From Planctomycetota bacterium (GTDB taxonomy: Bacteria; Planctomycetota; MHYJ01; JACQXL01; CAKKQI01): DNA of 54,168 bases. The translations under genes and the position numbers were made by a program. Below the pieces are notes generated by a model that saw only the letters and a program-made list of their open reading frames with translations, ran no database searches and was not told the origin of the DNA. The stretch's first letter is position 1; the number at the start of each line of letters is the position of its first letter. Of this stretch, positions 52,991 through 54,168 are shown in pieces. Location of the stretch: positions 1 through 54,168 of the forward strand of contig DAOWBV010000001.1 of NCBI GenBank assembly GCA_030633885.1, read 5' to 3'.

Positions 52991-54168
52991 ATGAAATGTT
53001 ATTTTTATCAGGAACAATTTTCCGCTTATTATGACCGGGAACTGCCGCCATCGGCCCAAGCCGAAATGGCTACCCATCTAAGCCAATGTCCTGATTGCCA
53101 AACGGCTTATGAAAAATTCGTGACCGATCTGCAGTTAATCTCGGCCGTGATCCTGCCGCAGGTGCCCGATAAAGAAAAACTGGATGCCGGGATCATCAGC
53201 GGACTGGATAAATATTTCGACGCCACTAATGTGCCGAAAACCGAAACTCCGGACGCCGGCCGGGAAAAACCCTGGCCCATGCTCCGGCTCATACCAACCG
53301 CGGCCGTTTTATTGATCGGAGTCACTCTGGGTATTACATTATATGTAACGTGGCTGACCGGTCCACAAGAGATCCAGGCGGAAAAGATCGGCCAGATCAG
53401 CCATTACCGGGGCCAGGTGGAAACCAGCCCGGATAACAAAGTCTGGTCGCCAGTCAGTTTCCCGGGAAATCTGGTCAAGAACATCACCCTGCGTTCAAAT
53501 CAACAGGCCCGGGCGTTGTTTTCCATCGATCAATATACTTATATCGGCCTGAATGAAAAAACCGTTCTGAAATTGAAAAATAAAAGACACCTGTTCCTGG
53601 AACAGGGCGAGGCCTGGTTCTCCCTCAGCCAATCGACGGCCGAGCCGTTAAGAATCGATCTGAAAAGCGGCCACTTGGAATTAAGCGCGGGTGAAATGAA
53701 CATTCAAACCACCTCCGGGATAACCGTGGTCCTGGTCTATTCCGGTCAGGCGGTCCTGACCGGACCGGACGGCCTGAACCGGATCGAGATCAAACCGGGC
53801 ACGTACGGCGTGCTCCATCATCACGACGGCCATTTAGCCAAAGTCAAACTCGACAATTACCTGCACAGCCGGCAGGTTCTCTGGGTACCGGATATGCTGA
53901 CCAACAGTTATCGGAACCAGACTCAGCTAAAAAATATTCTCTGGCGGACTATTCCGTACCTGGCGCATCCGAAGTTGTCCCGACTAGCCGAGAAGGATAT
54001 TCGCCGTTTAGGCGCTACGGCGACCGGTCCCTTAACCGGATTTCTGGATCAGCAACTCCATAAATCACAACCGGCCCTGCGCCGCCAGGTGGTCCGTATC
54101 TTAAGCGATATCGGCGACAACTCTAAACTGGAAGCCTGGGTCACCCTGCTAAAAGATAAAGATCCAAC
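52991..54168 (+). CDS. anti-sigma factor (zf-HC2 N-terminus, one TM helix, FecR-like and HEAT-like periplasmic region), 3' end outside the window
   Basis: Absent from the ORF track because no stop is reached. The ATG at 52991 follows an AGGGGA RBS, and I read 392 codons by hand without a stop. Features are the zinc-binding anti-sigma motif H-x3-C-x2-C (ATHLSQCPDCQ), the TM helix LIPTAAVLLIGVTLGITLYV and a C-terminal VRILSDIGDNSKLEAWVTLLKDKDP HEAT-like repeat. Confidence 0.8.
   Translation, partial: MKCYFYQEQFSAYYDRELPPSAQAEMATHLSQCPDCQTAYEKFVTDLQLISAVILPQVPDKEKLDAGIISGLDKYFDATNVPKTETPDAGREKPWPMLRLIPTAAVLLIGVTLGITLYVTWLTGPQEIQAEKIGQISHYRGQVETSPDNKVWSPVSFPGNLVKNITLRSNQQARALFSIDQYTYIGLNEKTVLKLKNKRHLFLEQGEAWFSLSQSTAEPLRIDLKSGHLELSAGEMNIQTTSGITVVLVYSGQAVLTGPDGLNRIEIKPGTYGVLHHHDGHLAKVKLDNYLHSRQVLWVPDMLTNSYRNQTQLKNILWRTIPYLAHPKLSRLAEKDIRRLGATATGPLTGFLDQQLHKSQPALRRQVVRILSDIGDNSKLEAWVTLLKDKDP

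Noticed and set aside
1-54168. I searched for tRNA, rRNA or tmRNA genes.
   Set aside because: I found no GGTTCGAATCC-type T-arm or cloverleaf-compatible segment and no rRNA-like conserved stretches in any intergenic region. A tRNAscan/Infernal run would be the definitive check.

Overview
This is a 54-kb chromosomal window from a bacterium I cannot assign to a lineage from sequence alone. It is mostly housekeeping. It holds rplL-rpoB-rpoC, rpsB-tsf-pyrH-frr, an S10 ribosomal operon from rpsJ to rpmC, and rpsL-rpsG with a separated fusA. It also holds ftsK, uppP, coaC/coaB, rpoZ, gmk, yicC, pyrE, secG, pyrD, lspA, two sugar-nucleotide modifying enzymes, a GlcD/GlcF-like oxidase pair and an ECF sigma/anti-sigma pair. 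A sigma54-type response regulator is followed by a five-gene pseudopilin operon. I recognised no tRNA, rRNA or CRISPR array. The unusual layer is a dense population of short palindromic or terminal-inverted-repeat (TIR) elements that fill almost every long intergenic spacer and also sit inside coding sequence. One family is bounded by CCCCGTTAGAGAT...ATCTCTAACGGGG with 4-nt TTYA target duplications. It is inserted at exactly the Gly-Phe-Thr codons of the prepilin signal in 4 of 5 pseudopilin genes. In-silico excision restores textbook leaders, and the pilin-resident copies carry in-frame ATGs that appear to act as replacement start codons and leaders. Other copies lie in the sense orientation inside the rplL-rpoB and rpmC-dksA spacers. 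Further observations: REPIN-like doublets and nested GC palindromes, one of them translated in two unrelated proteins. Operon architecture is also broken: two TPR genes between rpsG and fusA, no tuf, no rplJ, and the S10 operon ends at rpmC. There is a PEBP gene remnant, and coaC/coaB are split at an A8 slippery run.
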